In this document: piece after piece, positions 32,926 through 36,021 of the stretch
Position numbering within the stretch: the stretch's first letter is position 1
How the letters are laid out: each line of letters starts with the position of its first letter
Source: Nemertoderma westbladi
Lineage: Eukaryota > Animalia > Xenacoelomorpha
DNA: 36,021 nt
NCBI GenBank assembly: GCA_032718475.1
Contig: JAUCBJ010001292.1
Coordinates: forward strand, 1 to 36,021
Direction: 5' to 3'
Notes under the pieces: model-generated
What the model was told of the DNA's origin: nothing
Seen by the model: only the letters and a program-made list of their open reading frames with translations
The model's database searches: none
Position numbers and translations under genes: made by a program

Positions 32926-34894
32926 TCATTGGGGAAAAATTGTCTGGGTTGGTGCTGAACACAAACACTGAATACCAAACCTGAAATCAAACCCCAAAGT
33001 TATTAAAATAAATTTGTAATCAGAATCTAATATGAGAAATTGTAGAAAATTTTTTAATTACTTTAGGTATAAAGTCAATTTGTCAATTTTTTCGCTGCAT
33101 TTGAGGTAGATTCAAAATTAGAATGGTGAAATTACCGCAACCGATGGAATACAACGGTTATTATAATAATAATTTACATATGTCCAGCTGAAAAGGATTT
33201 ATATGTTATACTATTGTGAAACATATTTGTAAGGATGACGTACAAAGGCCTGTATAAACCATAATTAAAGGTAAATAATCAATTATGGTTTTGAAAAGAC
33301 CGCGTTTTTCTTCAGCTAATTGTCAATTGAGAAATTAACACCAACCAAACTATTAACATCCTTGCCAGATTTGGTCTGAACAAACAAATTTGAATGCCAA
33401 TAAATATATTCTCTAAACTGGAACAATTTATTAAGTTTTATTTAATTAATTAATTCGTATTTCTATGTGTAGCATTATAAATTTGTATATATAATTTATA
33501 TGATGTCAATAATATGAAAGCAATAATATCCTAGTTGATGCTTTTAATAAGTACTTGCCAATTAATTTATAACGCTGTTATTGCCGTTTCGTTACATAGG
33601 CACATATATTATTATTATGTAATGTGCTTCAAGGCTTCTGAGGGGTAATAACGTAAGGGGAAATACTGTAAACCCCAACAAAGAAACTCCCCCCTATGTA
33701 CTTGAATACCTACCTACAAATTACAAGATCCCCTGGCCTTTTGGTTAACCCACAATACGTCCTTTTACCTCAATTTGCTAATTGGCCCTATCCGTCCATA
33801 CATTCCATACTGTACAGCCTTTTCACACCTCTCTTGCATAATGACTATAAATAATAATAATAATATAATATATCTATAATAATTTAAATAATGACTAATG
33901 CACAATATGACTATATATCCATGACTATACATTATCCATGATTATATTCAAGACTATATACACTATATATCTTTCGCTAACATTTCATGTTCTAATAATA
34001 TGTGCAATCTCATTATGCTATATAATCATATATAATGACCCCATCGTGAGTGTCCTATATCGATGATTGATATATTACTACCATGGATGATATATTATTA
34101 GCTTAAAGAGGGGCTGAACTCACGACCTCCCTGATGGAACAATGGTAGGCCTACTCTTAGCAACCTGGGAAATATGTTCTTATAATGGAGATGTACAACG
34201 AGCAGACAAATAAGCATTAAAGACCTTATTAATTCTATTCGGAAGTAATTCATACAAATATGGCCTCCTTTTTGCGGTTAAAAAAGATTTAATATCTATA
34301 TGGTGACCACCATTTTGTCCAATCCAATATTAAAATTAACAACAGTTTTTAATCATTTAGAAACCTACCCTCTAATCCTTGGCAACCTTTCTAGATAAAT
34401 TAATGTTGAGAGCTGAAAGCAAACTTAACTTTGAATGCCAAGAAAAAAAATCTGCAATAAATACTATTGTATTAATATTGAAGGCCTACTGTATAAGTAG
34501 TAGGGCCTATTTGTTTTGACTTAAATGTTTTTAATACCATAACCTACAGTTGTTGATGCATTAATAAGTGCTTGCGATATTATAATTTAAATTTATAACG
34601 CTGTTTCGTTGCCTAGGCCCCTCTCCTATATTATGTAAATAATGTAGATTACCTTACAGGAAAATTAAATTATCAAATACTTTTATGTAAATAATTTTAT
34701 TTTAAGTAATTTTAAATACGGAGCCCCAGAGGGGACTTAGAAAAACGTCACATTTGGCGGAAAGAAGTAACGAAGGATGAGAGAAACCAATATAATCTCA
34801 TATAATCTACTACAAATATAATATGGCATGATGTTTCAATTTTAACTGACAGCAGAATTTAATAACATAAATAGCATATAATTAAAATAGCATA

Positions 34895-36021
34895 ATGTAT
34901 CTTATTATAATCACTTTGTTGTCCATAACAATATGTTACTACATGTTATTAAGATCTTCAAGCGATGGATATTTACCGTTGGCACACCGTGGCTGGCCAA
35001 TTATAGGCAGCTGGTTCCAGATTGCGCAAATTATAACATGCGAATCCCTACCACTCACATAAACACGATAATTTGCAGACAGAAAGGATTACTGCAATCC
35101 ACCGGAAAATATTGGCAATCACACAGGAAGACAAGTTTCGCAATGATGCGCTATTTCGGGATCGGAAAACGGAATTTTCAAGATGCAATTTCACAAGAGT
35201 CAAAAGTTTTGTGCGCTCGGATTAGTAATGAATATAGTTTGATTCCTTTTGAGCCACAACATTTTATAAACGAGGCGATTGCCAATGTTATTTCTGCTAT
35301 TGTGTTCGGCACCAGGTTCAGCTATGACGACAAATACTTTGAAAAGTTGAATTACTTGATTAAATTCATAGCGGATGAGGGTCAATTCGGTCTGTCTACG
35401 CCATTATACAAAATATTGCAACACATTCCCGGCACGCATGTAAGGAAGTACATGGTATTGCACAATGAACTTATATCATTGATTGGGCAGAAAGTGGATG
35501 AACACAAAGTTGAGATGGAGAATATTAATGAACCTCGGGATTTTATCGACTTCCTTATTGTAGAGCAGAACAAGGAACTCAAAAACAACCATACAAACGA
35601 TATATTTGATGGTTTTAGTATAGCTATGATTGTAGGTGATATGTTTGCTGCAGGTACAGAAACCACGTCCAAAACTTTACGATGGTTAATTCTGGCTTTG
35701 ACTAGTCATCCAAAAATTCAGAGGAAATTTCAAGATTTACTGGATAATAAAGTAGGCAGAGACAGGTATCCGACTTTAGAAGATGTGGAAGGAATTCCAT
35801 TCATAAATGCGTGTATTCTAGAAACTTTACGGATAGGAAGTGTTGTCCCACTAACAGTACGGTCTTCTGAAAGAGACGGGAATATTTCAGGATTAAGAGT
35901 TCCGAGGTCTGCCCCACTTATTATCCACCTTTGGGCTTTGAATCACAACCCAGATTTATGGACAAACCCAGACGAATTTAATCCAAACAACTTTCTAACT
36001 GACGATGAACAAACTCTTAAA
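34895..36021 (+). pseudogene. Cytochrome P450, CYP2 clan; intronless; N-terminal deletion with frameshift (probable pseudogene); truncated by window end
   Basis: Frame 1 from ATG 34895 gives the membrane anchor and LP....GWPIIGS, then stops at TAA 35060-35062. A second frame from ~35038 is open to 36021 with WQSHR, MRYFGIGK, ANVISAIVFG.RFSYDD, PRDFID, DMFAAGTETT, ETLR and PDEFNPNNFL. Confidence 0.85.

Overview
This is AT-rich, compact animal (invertebrate-like metazoan) genomic DNA, not prokaryotic. It holds seven recognisable housekeeping genes: GOLT1, NVL, a COMM-domain-only COMMD7, TMEM243, VPS36, TMEM168 and VPS26C/DSCR3. A CYP2-clan P450 with an N-terminal deletion and frameshift runs off the right end. 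Every coding region except TMEM168 (5 exons) is intronless. GOLT1-NVL (50 bp apart) and COMMD7-TMEM243 (179 bp apart) are same-strand pairs with YAG acceptor-like sites just before their ATGs, which suggests trans-spliced operons of intronless genes (inference). A chain of micro-exons starting about 125 bp downstream of the TMEM168 stop may be a hidden downstream cistron. Intergenic DNA includes a 4.75-kb foldback/Mutator-like element with a perfect 9-bp TSD, which carries a nested TTAA (Kolobok-type) MITE and an RTE-LINE fragment. There is also a palindromic MITE that was partly duplicated, a 2.6-kb 17-bp satellite with higher-order structure, and a 45-bp minisatellite. Gene identities come from recognition of family sequences; no database search was run.
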